Below, piece by piece: positions 1 to 9,519 of a DNA stretch of 64,000 nucleotides. A model generated the notes under the pieces. The model was not told the DNA's origin, searched no databases, and saw only the letters and a program-made list of their open reading frames with translations. Position 1 is the first letter of the stretch. Each line of letters starts with the position of its first letter. The position numbers and the translations under genes were made by a program. Source of the stretch: an uncultured Verrucomicrobiae bacterium (GTDB lineage: Bacteria; Verrucomicrobiota; Verrucomicrobiia; Limisphaerales; UBA1100); assembly GCA_937775205.1 (NCBI GenBank), contig CALKBX010000016.1, forward strand, positions 50,992 through 114,991, read 5' to 3'.

Positions 1-1
1 G

Positions 2-1234
2 GAGGGCCAACTCGCGCTGCTCCCCACGCTCGGCGGGCAGACGGGCCTCAACACCGCGATGGAACTTTTCCGCACGGGCGTTTTGGAAAAGCACGGCGTG
101 GAAATGATCGGCGCGAAAGCCGACGCCATCGAGCGCGGCGAGGACCGCGCGCGCTTCAAGGAACTGATGCTCGAGATTGGCCTCGACGTGCCCGTGAGCG
201 GCATCGCCCACAACATGGAGGAGGCGTGGGCCGTCGCGGACAAGATTGGAAAATTCCCGCTCATCATTCGCCCCGCGTACACGCTCGGCGGCACCGGCGG
301 CGGCATCGCGTACAATCGTGACGAGTTCGAGGAACTCGCCAAAAAAGGCGTGGATCTTTCGCCGGTGGACGAAATTCTCATCGAGGAATCGCTCATTGGC
401 TGGAAGGAATTCGAGATGGAAGTGATGCGAGACAACGCCGACAACTGCGTCATCATTTGCTCCATCGAAAACTTTGACCCCATGGGCGTGCACACCGGCG
501 ACAGCATCACCGTTGCGCCCATCCAAACGCTCACCGACAAGGAATTTCAAATCATGCGCGACGCGAGCTTCGCCATCATACGCGCCGTGGGCGTGGAGAC
601 CGGCGGCTCGAACATTCAGTTTTCCGTTAACCCCGACAACGGCCGGATGATCGTCATCGAGATGAACCCGCGCGTGAGCCGCAGTTCCGCGCTCGCCTCC
701 AAGGCCACCGGATTTCCGATTGCGAAGATTGCCGCCAAACTCGCCATCGGCTATACGCTCGACGAAATTCCCAACGATATCACGCGCGAAACCCCCGCCA
801 GTTTTGAGCCCACCATCGACTACGTAGTCACCAAAATCCCGCGCTTCGCTTTCGAGAAATTTCCGCAAGCCGACCCCACGCTGAACACCCAAATGAAAAG
901 TGTCGGCGAAGCCATGGCCATCGGCCGCACATTTAAAGAGAGTTTGCAAAAATGCCTGCGCTCAATGGAGATCGGCCGCGCCGGCCTCGGTGGCGACGGC
1001 AAACACTGGCGCGTCGGCGAGGAAATCCACGGCGACCGCGACATCTTTCCGCGCGACCTCATCATCCAGAAACTCACCACCCCCAACGCCGAACGAATTT
1101 TCTACCTCCGCCACGCCCTCCGCGCCGCCTTCACCATCGACGAAATTTTTAGCCTCACCAAAATCGACCGCTGGTTCCTCACCCAAATCCAACAAATCGT
1201 CGACTGCGAAGAAGAGTTGGCAGCGGCGAGTTGA
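2..1234 (+). CDS. carB: Carbamoyl-phosphate synthase large subunit, N-terminal part only; 5' end is off-window and the stop lies inside the oligomerisation domain
   Basis: The frame is open from nt 2 (..[17 protein letters not shown]..). ATP-grasp motifs are present: [62 protein letters not shown]. It ends [27 protein letters not shown], roughly residue 470-500 of a ~1070-aa CarB. Confidence 0.9.
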   Translation, partial: EGQLALLPTLGGQTGLNTAMELFRTGVLEKHGVEMIGAKADAIERGEDRARFKELMLEIGLDVPVSGIAHNMEEAWAVADKIGKFPLIIRPAYTLGGTGGGIAYNRDEFEELAKKGVDLSPVDEILIEESLIGWKEFEMEVMRDNADNCVIICSIENFDPMGVHTGDSITVAPIQTLTDKEFQIMRDASFAIIRAVGVETGGSNIQFSVNPDNGRMIVIEMNPRVSRSSALASKATGFPIAKIAAKLAIGYTLDEIPNDITRETPASFEPTIDYVVTKIPRFAFEKFPQADPTLNTQMKSVGEAMAIGRTFKESLQKCLRSMEIGRAGLGGDGKHWRVGEEIHGDRDIFPRDLIIQKLTTPNAERIFYLRHALRAAFTIDEIFSLTKIDRWFLTQIQQIVDCEEELAAAS

Positions 1235-1241
1235 CCGAGAC

Positions 1242-1270
1242 TTGAAGTTTCAACCAATCTCCGCTATGTT
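1242..1270 (+). promoter_or_regulatory. Candidate sigma70-like promoter of the TA pair (TTGAAG-17 nt-TATGTT). The -35 sits in an imperfect palindrome, TTGAA-GT-TTCAA.
   Basis: Hexamers at 1242-1247 and 1265-1270. The ATG at 1277 is 7 nt after the -10, so the transcript would be nearly leaderless. Confidence 0.3.
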
Positions 1271-1276
1271 TTGAAT

Positions 1277-1495
1277 ATGGCAAGCAACGGCGAACAATTT
1301 GTAACTGACGCAGAGGGCAAGCGCGTGGGCGTGATGCTAGACTTGGATACCTACGAGCGCCTGCGCCAAGCCGAAGCCGAGCTGGATGACATCCGCGACT
1401 ACGACGACGCCAAGCCTCAAGTCGATGCGGAAGTAAAGGCGGGTGAATTCAGCACCCTTGCCGAACACAAATTCGACTACGGCAAGGTCAAATGA
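1277..1495 (+). CDS. Type II antitoxin (Phd/YefM- or RelB-like small acidic protein)
   Basis: 72-74 aa with an acidic C-terminal half. Its stop overlaps the toxin start by 4 nt (ATGA). An alternative TTG start lies at 1271. Confidence 0.7.
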   Translation: MASNGEQFVTDAEGKRVGVMLDLDTYERLRQAEAELDDIRDYDDAKPQVDAEVKAGEFSTLAEHKFDYGKVK

Positions 1496-1746
1496 GCTAC
1501 GAGGTCATTCTTCCGCGTTCGGTTCAAAAGGAGTTAAACGCCATTTCTCAGAAAGACCACGACCGAATCATTTCCAGACTAGAATCCCTTGAAGAAAACC
1601 CACGCCCCGCGAATGTGAAGAAATTGAAAAACCGCCCCGCGTGGCGAACTCGTTCAAGCGATTATCGAGTCATTTATGAAATCAATGACACCGATGAAAA
1701 AGTAACCATCATCAAGATAGCCCATCGACGGGAAGTCTATCGTTAA
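1492..1746 (+). CDS. Type II toxin, RelE/ParE family
   Basis: 84 aa. Family hallmarks: LEENPRPANVKKLKN....YRVIYEI.D....V.IIKIAHRREVY. Confidence 0.85.
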   Translation: MSYEVILPRSVQKELNAISQKDHDRIISRLESLEENPRPANVKKLKNRPAWRTRSSDYRVIYEINDTDEKVTIIKIAHRREVYR

Positions 1747-1791
1747 CAAATTCTGGTTCATGCCTCCGCATCCGCATAAACTCCCCCTCCC

Positions 1792-3051
1792 TTGAACCGG
1801 ACGGAAATCACTTATCGCTTCGAACGCCTGCGGGCTGTTGCTTCGGGGATTCTGGAAACGGCGTTCACGACTTTCCTGTTGTTAATCGCAGTGCAGTGGT
1901 TTGACTTCGGATCGACGGCGAAGGCAACCATTGCTGCAGCGGGGGCACTGGGATTTATGCTGGGGCCGGTGGTGGTTTCGCGCGTGGCGGACTTGGGCTG
2001 GACAACCGCGCAGGCAGCCTCACGGCTGGCGCTGGGCGCAGCGGGGTGCTTTGCCTTACTGGCGGTGGTGAGTGATCGTTGGCTTTTCATTGGCGGTATT
2101 ATTATGGCCACCACTTTGGGGACGGCAGCCATTCCGATGGTTACCCAGATTTATCAGGAGAATTATCCGGCAAAACGGCGGGGCAAATATTTTTCCAGGA
2201 CGGCCATGATTCGTATCATTAGCGCGGCTTCGTTTGGATTGTTGGTGGGCTGGATTCTAACCAATGACGACGACAGCCAAAAACTTTCCGGTTATCCGTG
2301 GGGGTTGATGCTGATTTTTGCATTGGCTTTTGCGTGGGCGTCCTTTTGCTTTTCGCGCCTCCCCGGCAAGACTCTCACGGGCGCGAAAGGCACGCACCCC
2401 TTCCGCTCGCTGCGGTTTGTGAAAGAGGATAAACTATTCCGTCACATCCTCATTTGCTGGATGCTCTTTGGAATCGGCAACCTCATGCTCTTTCCGTTGC
2501 GCGTGGAATATCTCGCCAACGCGAGCGAATACGCTGACGTCTACACACTGGGTTTTGATCCCACTCCCGCCCGCATCGCGCTGATTCTCGTTTTCATTCC
2601 GAATGCCGTGAAGCTGATCTTCAGTCCGCTGTGGGGCAGTCTCTTTGACAAAATGAATTTTTTTGTGCTGCGGGTAATCTTAAACTTTTTCTTTGCGGTG
2701 TCACTGGTGCTTTTTTTCCACAGCACTTCAATGGTCGGCCTATGCATTGCGGCGGGGCTCTTCGGCGTGGCCAATGCGGGCGGTGAGGTGGCTTGGAGCC
2801 TTTGGGTCACAAAGTTCGCGCCCGCCAAACACGTGGCTGATTACATGAGCGTGCATTTATTTTTTAATGGCATCCGCAATTTCATTTCGCCTTTCCTGGG
2901 TTTTTGGCTGATTGGATTGATGCCGGCCAGTAACCTCAGCCTCTTCAGTGCCGGGCTCATCGTAGCGTCCAGCTTGGCGTTGCTGTCGGATTATCCCTCC
3001 GGCGAAAAAGCGCGGCGCGGCGCGGCATTGACGGAAGAGATTTCCGACTAA
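1792..3051 (+). CDS. MFS-type transporter
   Basis: 419 aa with about 12 predicted hydrophobic helices and a central basic loop (YPAKRRGKYFSR). TTG start. Confidence 0.7.
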   Translation: MNRTEITYRFERLRAVASGILETAFTTFLLLIAVQWFDFGSTAKATIAAAGALGFMLGPVVVSRVADLGWTTAQAASRLALGAAGCFALLAVVSDRWLFIGGIIMATTLGTAAIPMVTQIYQENYPAKRRGKYFSRTAMIRIISAASFGLLVGWILTNDDDSQKLSGYPWGLMLIFALAFAWASFCFSRLPGKTLTGAKGTHPFRSLRFVKEDKLFRHILICWMLFGIGNLMLFPLRVEYLANASEYADVYTLGFDPTPARIALILVFIPNAVKLIFSPLWGSLFDKMNFFVLRVILNFFFAVSLVLFFHSTSMVGLCIAAGLFGVANAGGEVAWSLWVTKFAPAKHVADYMSVHLFFNGIRNFISPFLGFWLIGLMPASNLSLFSAGLIVASSLALLSDYPSGEKARRGAALTEEISD

Positions 3052-3836
3052 CCCAGCAGCACCAGCAAATGCTCACGTGCCTCGGTGACGTTTTTGTAAT
3101 CCGCAACCTCCTTGGGCATCGTGGCGATGGCGCGGTGCAAGCCGGCTTGGGCCTCGGGGAATTTTTTGAGTTCCGCCAGCGATACATTCACCAGCCGAAT
3201 GCCGAAGAGCAGTGCGCGCGTTTGCGGCAGGCGATAGAGCACTTGATCCTCGATGCGAATCCACGCCTCGTCATCAGTAAACGGCGGCGTGAGGCGCGGA
3301 GTGTCGCGGGAAGGATGCTGGTTGAGTTCCGGCGAACGGCTCAGGCCCCAGTTGGAACGCTCCCACGCCCTGCCGGGTTCGAGCTTGGCGAGGAATTTAT
3401 CAATGCGCGCGCCGAGGGTTTCGTTGAGCGTGGGTACCGGCGAGTGGATGGCGTGTACCGGCAGCCCGATTTTTTCCTCCGGCCGCCATGATGACGGGAA
3501 ACAAACCGCCCCCGCTCGAAAAGTGAACCGCCCATTTTCGTCCGGCAATAGAATCAGAAAATCTGACTCCCAATGCAGCGCCAGTTCGCGGCAACCGCCC
3601 CCGTCCAATCCAGCCCAAGTCAGACATTCAGCAACCGCCTCCGCTGCGGCGGGCTCCTCAAATAAACATTGCGCAGGCCCTTCCTCCAAGGCCGCACGGC
3701 GACTGGCCATAAGTGTGGTGTGCTCGAGTGTGTCCGCAAAGAAAGCCCTCGCATCGCCGGACCGCGCGCCGAAGTGAAATTCAAAATCCTGATCCGGAAA
3801 CAATCCGAGCCAAGCCGGTTGTTGATCGGCGTTCAT
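3048..3836 (-). CDS. DUF3445 family protein (heme-dependent oxidative N-demethylase-like)
   Basis: Motifs FRAGAVCFPSSWRPEEKIG and NWGLSR.PELNQHP. The likely start is MNADQQ, whose ATG shares one nt with the upstream TGA (TGATG). The 3' end overlaps the convergent MFS stop by 4 nt. Confidence 0.65.
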   Translation of the reverse strand: MNADQQPAWLGLFPDQDFEFHFGARSGDARAFFADTLEHTTLMASRRAALEEGPAQCLFEEPAAAEAVAECLTWAGLDGGGCRELALHWESDFLILLPDENGRFTFRAGAVCFPSSWRPEEKIGLPVHAIHSPVPTLNETLGARIDKFLAKLEPGRAWERSNWGLSRSPELNQHPSRDTPRLTPPFTDDEAWIRIEDQVLYRLPQTRALLFGIRLVNVSLAELKKFPEAQAGLHRAIATMPKEVADYKNVTEAREHLLVLLG

Positions 3837-6409
3837 CACTTTTGGCCGATAAGTTTTTTCCAACGGTCGGCCCAGCGATTCCACCATTCGGGCTTATGCA
3901 TGATGCGGAAAATACTCGCATAATCATCCGACCACAACGGCAAGTCCTCTTTTTCCGTGAATTCTACCAGCGGGTATCCCCACATTTCTGGGATGTCAAA
4001 AACCTCAGGGTTGCGCCCCAGCAAAACCCAGGATGAGCCGTACACCCAATGTTCGCTCAAGCCGCCGTTCTGATTTTCCACCACCATCATTGAGAGATCG
4101 AATTCCATTGCCAACCGCCGCACAACCGGCTCCAAATCCAGATAACGATTTGAAATATGAACGGCAAGCACCCCGTTTGGCGCAAGGTGTTTCAGATATA
4201 TTGCCACCGATTCCTTTGTCAATAAATGCACGGGAATGGAGTCACTACTAAACGCATCCAGCGCAAGAACGTGAAAGCCCTGCGGTTGGCCGGCGCGCAA
4301 TTCCGCCTCCATCGACAACCGAGCATCGCCCAGCACTACCTCCACCTCCGCGCCGCGTTTTTTTGCGTCCCGCAAATAGGTGAACATGTCTGCCTTTTGC
4401 GAAGACAAATCCACGACCTGCTGATTAATCTCGTACAATCGATAGTGATCCCCCGTCCGCGCGTAGCCAGCCAGCGTGCCCACACCCAAACCCACCACGC
4501 CCACTCGCATGCCGGTGGCATTTTCGTCCAATGGAAAATACTGCACCGCCAAGCCCACTCCAGTTGGCGACCCGTAATAGGTGGTCACCCGCCCGCTGGA
4601 ACCCTCATCCGTGAACTGGTAACCGTGGGTGATGCGGCCATTGAGCAGCAGGCGATACGGGTCGTCATTGGCAGAATATTCGGTGACTTTCAGCATTCCA
4701 TAAAATCCCCGCTCGCGGTAAACGAGCGTGCCCCCCTCTTTCCGATAAGTATCTTGAGCTTGCGCCACCAGCCCTGCGCCCAGCGCCACCAACACCGGCA
4801 CCCATCCGCCCGCGGCCCAGCCCCAGTGAATGCTCCAGCCGCGCCAATCACGCACGCTGTTCCACACAAACGCATTGAGCGCCAGCAACGCGACAGCTGC
4901 CCACAAGCCGGGATGAAATTGGTTGAGATAATGAAACTTATTATTGAGCGACCAATCGCCCGCGATTACCAAGGCAACGAGCGTGAGGGTCAATGCGCCC
5001 AACGCGCCGAAGATGCCCGAATAAATTCCACGCGGTTCCGTGCGGCGTTTAGGTGCCCACCAGTGGTGAAACACCACGCGCGTCAGCCCGCAGGCCACCG
5101 CAAAGGGTGCCACCGTGGCCAACACCCGCCAAAAATAGCTCAAGCTGGTGTGAGCCAGTAACGCCCAACACACCGCCACCCAGCAGCTCAGCAGCACAAT
5201 CCGCAAGTGCCATTTGCTGAGGCGCCAATCTTCGCGCCCCACCACGCACGCCACGAGGAAGAGCAATCCCACCGCCCAAAGCGCAATGTGGTATTCCCAA
5301 TAGCCATTAAAAAACATTGGCGCCAGCACGGCCACGAACAGCCCGCCCAACGCGCCGCCACCCGAGATGCCCAAAAAATATTGCGTCAACCGCGCCGGCT
5401 CCGGGCGCAGGCGATACAGCTCGCCGTGGCACACCATGCAGCTAACGAAGAGCGCGCCACAGTAAAGGGAAATTTGCAGGACGATATCCATATCCACCCC
5501 TTCATTCAGCGCCCAAAACACACCCAGCCAAAGTGGCACCAGCAGCGGCACAAAATATTCGCGCACATACCAGCGTGGGTTATCGAAGCAGATGATAAAC
5601 GTAATTAAATAAAGAGCCAGTGGCAGCACCCACAAAAACGGCACCACCGCCACATCGAGGCACAGCTTGTTGGTGGTGGCCATCAGCAGAGCGGTACCGC
5701 ACGCGGGAAGCGCCAGCCACAGCGGCCAGCGCATGGCTTTGGCGAGCTTGGTTTCCTCGCGGGATTCCTCCATCTCCATTTTGCCCGCATCCTTGGCGCG
5801 ATACAACCGCCACGCCAGCCAACCACACGCCGCGCCATAAAAAAGCATTCCAAGCGACCAGCCATTCACCTGCGACGTGCGCGTGCTCCACGGTTCCACA
5901 AGAAATGGATACCCCACGAGCGCCAACAACGAGCCGACATTGGAAAGCGCATAAAGGCGATACGGCGAGCGGCCCGGATGGGTGCGCGCAAACCACGCCT
6001 GCATCAGCGGCCCCGTGGCGGAGAGCACCAGATACGGCAGCCCGATGCTCAAGGTGAGCAGCAGCAGGATTTGCAGCGTGGGCGATTCGTTGCCCGTTGG
6101 CTTGAGGCTTTCGCCGGGCGTGATGGGCAAAGTGATCACCGCCAGCGCCAGTAACACGCCGTGGACGATCACTTGTTTGCGCAAGGGCAAAAAATAATTA
6201 AGACAATGCGCGTAAGCATAGCCGCCGAGCAGAAGGCATTGGAAAAATAAAAGGCAAGTCGTCCATACGCCGGGCGTACCGCCGAACCACGGGAGGATGT
6301 ATTTGCCGATGAGCGGCTGCACGAGAAACAGCAAAAACGCGCCCCAGAAAATGGTGACCGCAAACAGTGGCAGCCCCACGGCCGGCGGCTTCGTTTCGTC
6401 TTCAGCCAT
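3836..6409 (-). CDS. Fused polytopic membrane / spermidine-synthase-like (class I SAM-dependent aminopropyl/methyl-transferase fold) protein
   Basis: 857 aa. About 600 aa of TM helices are followed by VGVVGLGVGTLAGY...VLALDAFSSDSIPVHLLTKE (SpeE-like fold). Confidence 0.75.
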   Translation of the reverse strand: MAEDETKPPAVGLPLFAVTIFWGAFLLFLVQPLIGKYILPWFGGTPGVWTTCLLFFQCLLLGGYAYAHCLNYFLPLRKQVIVHGVLLALAVITLPITPGESLKPTGNESPTLQILLLLTLSIGLPYLVLSATGPLMQAWFARTHPGRSPYRLYALSNVGSLLALVGYPFLVEPWSTRTSQVNGWSLGMLFYGAACGWLAWRLYRAKDAGKMEMEESREETKLAKAMRWPLWLALPACGTALLMATTNKLCLDVAVVPFLWVLPLALYLITFIICFDNPRWYVREYFVPLLVPLWLGVFWALNEGVDMDIVLQISLYCGALFVSCMVCHGELYRLRPEPARLTQYFLGISGGGALGGLFVAVLAPMFFNGYWEYHIALWAVGLLFLVACVVGREDWRLSKWHLRIVLLSCWVAVCWALLAHTSLSYFWRVLATVAPFAVACGLTRVVFHHWWAPKRRTEPRGIYSGIFGALGALTLTLVALVIAGDWSLNNKFHYLNQFHPGLWAAVALLALNAFVWNSVRDWRGWSIHWGWAAGGWVPVLVALGAGLVAQAQDTYRKEGGTLVYRERGFYGMLKVTEYSANDDPYRLLLNGRITHGYQFTDEGSSGRVTTYYGSPTGVGLAVQYFPLDENATGMRVGVVGLGVGTLAGYARTGDHYRLYEINQQVVDLSSQKADMFTYLRDAKKRGAEVEVVLGDARLSMEAELRAGQPQGFHVLALDAFSSDSIPVHLLTKESVAIYLKHLAPNGVLAVHISNRYLDLEPVVRRLAMEFDLSMMVVENQNGGLSEHWVYGSSWVLLGRNPEVFDIPEMWGYPLVEFTEKEDLPLWSDDYASIFRIMHKPEWWNRWADRWKKLIGQK

Positions 6410-6413
6410 GAAT

Positions 6414-8144
6414 TTATTCCAGATTGCTCATCAAACTTCGCCGGTTATTTTGGCGATTACGGGCATCATAAAATTCCACCGGATTAAAATTATCAAGCAG
6501 GATGCTGCCTGATTTGGGGTCGTATTTCCTCACCTGAACCCAAGCGAGGCCCAGCTCTTGCCACACCATCTCATGCTCGGAGAAAAACGGGCCCTCTCCC
6601 TTTGCGTGTTGCCACCATTGAGTCCACTCATTCAGAATTGCTTTCTCGTTTACCGTAACAGCCATACGTTCACGCGCAGCATCATCCGGTGCGGCGGGTG
6701 GGCGATACGCTACGAGGCGATCCGCGCGGGTGGCCACAAAAAATACATTTCCATATCCGGACGCATGAACGGTGACGCAGGGATTGCGAAAAACAGAGCG
6801 CAAGGTTTTGTTCAATGATGTGGCAAAAAACCGGCGTGTGTCAGTGGACTCACCAAAACAATTGATCACCAACACCCCTTCGGGAGTGAGATGATTGCGA
6901 ATCGAAGTGAACGCTTCTTTCGTCATCAAATGGCCGGGCGAAGAATCTCCCAAAAATGCATCCAACAAAATGGCGTCATATTTCTTTTTCGATTTATTCA
7001 GAAACTGCCGCCCATCGGAAATGCTCACGTTGACTTTCGAGGAATCGAAACCAAAAAAACGTTCCGCCATTGGGATAACTTCGCCGTTGATTTCCGCGAC
7101 ATCCACGGTGATACCGTCGTCCGCCAACTTCATGGGCACGATGCCTGCCCCCATGCCGATGCAAAGGGCGGTTTCCATTTTGGGAGTATAAGCGTGAGCC
7201 AACCATCGGAGGGCAGCGGTGAAGAGTGCGATGCTCTGTTGTTTTTCCGCGTCATAGGTGTTTTGAATCAGCAAGTCATTCAGATAATGGCGCTCCAGTA
7301 TTCCATCTTGGTTACGAAACTGGATCACTTTCAGCTCACCGTAATTGGAGTTTGCCCGGTAGAGCACCTCGCATGTTCTGCCTCGATATTTCATCGTCTT
7401 GGAAAATTGCCCGCGTAGTCCAGCGTGACCCATGCCGGAGGAAAGCAGCGTCGCTACCACCAACGCGGTGACGGCCGTTTCGCTGCGCCCCCAAATCATA
7501 AAGTAAACTGCAGCCAACGCAACCAAGACTCCCGACGCGATGAGCATGGTGACCGAATTCGGTAAGTTTGGAATGAGAACATACCCAATCAGCACCGCGC
7601 CCGCCACGCTGCCGAGGGTGCTGATGGCGGTAAGTCGGCCCATGTTGCCGCCCACTTTTTCAACCGATTGCGTGAGCACGCGCACGAGGAAAGGGCCGGT
7701 CATCGCCAGCAACGCCAACGGCACGAGGAACAGAAACGCGGAGGCAAATAGCGACGCCCACTCGAGCGGGAGCTTCATGAGTTTGAAACAAATCGGCTGC
7801 ACCATCGACACCGTGCCGGCGAGGTACACGGCGGCGCCCAGAATGGAATAATAAAGAAAATTCAGGCGCGGTGAGCGGTCCACCACCCAGCCACCCACAA
7901 AATAACCCGCGGAAAGCGCGACCAACGTGACCGCGATTTGAGCCGTCCACACAAAATGCGAAGTGCCGAGAAAGGGCGAGAGCATTTTCGCGCCGAGGAT
8001 TTCCACGATGAGAATCACCGCGCCCGTGATGGTGGCGGTGAAGTATAAAAATCGCCGCAGTCCGGCGGACAATTCCCCGGACTCGGCCTCGCTGGAGGTT
8101 TTTTTTTGTTGGTTCACGATGATGCGGCGGCCAAGGCCGGCCAA
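6414..8144 (-). CDS. Second fused membrane / spermidine-synthase-like protein (paralogue of the downstream gene)
   Basis: 576 aa. The N-terminal TM region (VEILGAKMLSPFLGTSHFVWTAQI) is followed by ALCIGMGAGIVP...DAILLDAFLGDSSPGHLMTKEAF. An alternative GTG start at 8117 overlaps the upstream TGA (GTGA). Confidence 0.75.
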   Translation of the reverse strand: MAGLGRRIIVNQQKKTSSEAESGELSAGLRRFLYFTATITGAVILIVEILGAKMLSPFLGTSHFVWTAQIAVTLVALSAGYFVGGWVVDRSPRLNFLYYSILGAAVYLAGTVSMVQPICFKLMKLPLEWASLFASAFLFLVPLALLAMTGPFLVRVLTQSVEKVGGNMGRLTAISTLGSVAGAVLIGYVLIPNLPNSVTMLIASGVLVALAAVYFMIWGRSETAVTALVVATLLSSGMGHAGLRGQFSKTMKYRGRTCEVLYRANSNYGELKVIQFRNQDGILERHYLNDLLIQNTYDAEKQQSIALFTAALRWLAHAYTPKMETALCIGMGAGIVPMKLADDGITVDVAEINGEVIPMAERFFGFDSSKVNVSISDGRQFLNKSKKKYDAILLDAFLGDSSPGHLMTKEAFTSIRNHLTPEGVLVINCFGESTDTRRFFATSLNKTLRSVFRNPCVTVHASGYGNVFFVATRADRLVAYRPPAAPDDAARERMAVTVNEKAILNEWTQWWQHAKGEGPFFSEHEMVWQELGLAWVQVRKYDPKSGSILLDNFNPVEFYDARNRQNNRRSLMSNLE

Positions 8145-9487
8145 AGACGGGCGCTCATGGCCGCGCCGTTGTGGAAACAGGTGAGGTCAAATTTTTCGTT
8201 GGGCGAATGAAGGTTGTCATCCGGCAGCGCCAGCCCAAGCAGCAGCGAATCCGCGCCGAGCACTTTCTTGAATTCCGTGATGATCGGGATGGATCCCCCC
8301 TCGCGAAGGATCACCGGCTCATGCCCAAACGCTTCGCGTAACACGCCCAGCGCCGCCCGCGCCTGCGGGCCGGTGGGCGACACGAGATAAGGCTCCGCGC
8401 CGTGGCCTTCCTCGATTTCCAATCGCACGCCAGGCGGACAGAGTTTTTTCAATTGCTTCTTGAGTAGTAGCAAAATTTCACCCGGCTGCTGGTTGGGGAC
8501 AATTCGGCAGGTGATTTTCACCCGCGCCCATGCGGGCACGATCGTTTTGCTGCCCTCGCCTTGATAGCCGCTGGTGAGCCCGTTGATTTCCAGCGTGGGC
8601 CGCGCGCTGCGTTGCTCGATGGCGGTGAAGCCCGCTTCGCCAAACAGACCGTTCACGCCGAGCAGTTTTTTGTAAGCCGTCTCACTGTACGGCAAACGCT
8701 TGAATTGCTTCCGCTCGTGGGCGGAAAGTTTTTGCACCTTATCGTAAAATCCGGGCACGGCGATGCGTCCTTTTTTGTCGCGCAACGTCGCCAGCATTTG
8801 GCTGAGCGCCATCGCGGGATTTTGCACGCTGCCGCCGTAAATGCCCGAATGCAAATCCGCCTTCGGCCCGCGCACGGTGACCTCCATCGCCGCCACGCCA
8901 CGCAGGGCGTACGTGAGTGCGGGATGTTTTTTGGACGGCATGCCGGTATCCGACACCACCACGGTGTCGCATTCTAACTCGCGTTTTTTCTGGCGGAGAA
9001 ATTTCATCAAACTTTCACTGCCCACTTCTTCCTCGCCTTCGATCACAAAAGTGAGGTCGCACGGCAGCTCGGTGCCCGTTTTCAAAAATGCCTCCACCGC
9101 TTTGAGGTGCGCGAAATGCTGGCCTTTGTTATCCGTGGCCCCGCGCGCGTAAACAGCCCCGTTGCGAATGGTCGGCTCGAAGGGCGGCGAATTCCATTCG
9201 TGCAAGGGCTCCGGCGGTTGCACATCGTAATGGCCGTACACGAGAAAATGCGGACGCCGTCCCGGACGTTTCGGCGTGGTGGCGGTGACGATGGGATGAA
9301 AATCCGTGGCGTGTTTTTTTGCCTTCAGGCCAATGGCGCGACAATGATTCACCACCCAATCCGCCGTGGCCCGAACATCCTTGGCGTGCTTGCTTTGGGC
9401 GGAGACGCTCGGCAAGCGCAGGTATTCGCAAAGCTCATCAACAAAGCGGCCGCGATGGGTTTGGAGGTAATCAAGAACCGGTTGCAT
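8114..9487 (-). CDS. M20 family metallopeptidase (dipeptidase / deacylase-like)
   Basis: HYDVQPPEPLHEWNSPPFEPTIRNGAVYARGATDNKGQ and EGEEEVGS motifs. Start chosen at MQPVLDYL, which avoids overlap with the upstream gene. Confidence 0.8.
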   Translation of the reverse strand: MQPVLDYLQTHRGRFVDELCEYLRLPSVSAQSKHAKDVRATADWVVNHCRAIGLKAKKHATDFHPIVTATTPKRPGRRPHFLVYGHYDVQPPEPLHEWNSPPFEPTIRNGAVYARGATDNKGQHFAHLKAVEAFLKTGTELPCDLTFVIEGEEEVGSESLMKFLRQKKRELECDTVVVSDTGMPSKKHPALTYALRGVAAMEVTVRGPKADLHSGIYGGSVQNPAMALSQMLATLRDKKGRIAVPGFYDKVQKLSAHERKQFKRLPYSETAYKKLLGVNGLFGEAGFTAIEQRSARPTLEINGLTSGYQGEGSKTIVPAWARVKITCRIVPNQQPGEILLLLKKQLKKLCPPGVRLEIEEGHGAEPYLVSPTGPQARAALGVLREAFGHEPVILREGGSIPIITEFKKVLGADSLLLGLALPDDNLHSPNEKFDLTCFHNGAAMSARLWPALAAASS

Positions 9488-9519
9488 GCGCGCGGAGTGT
9501 ACCAAAAGGGGGCTGTCAA

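Noticed and set aside
3048-3051. 4-nt overlap of the convergent MFS and DUF3445 stop codons
   Set aside because: This is probably a trivial consequence of compact gene packing. No hairpin or other signal is associated with it.
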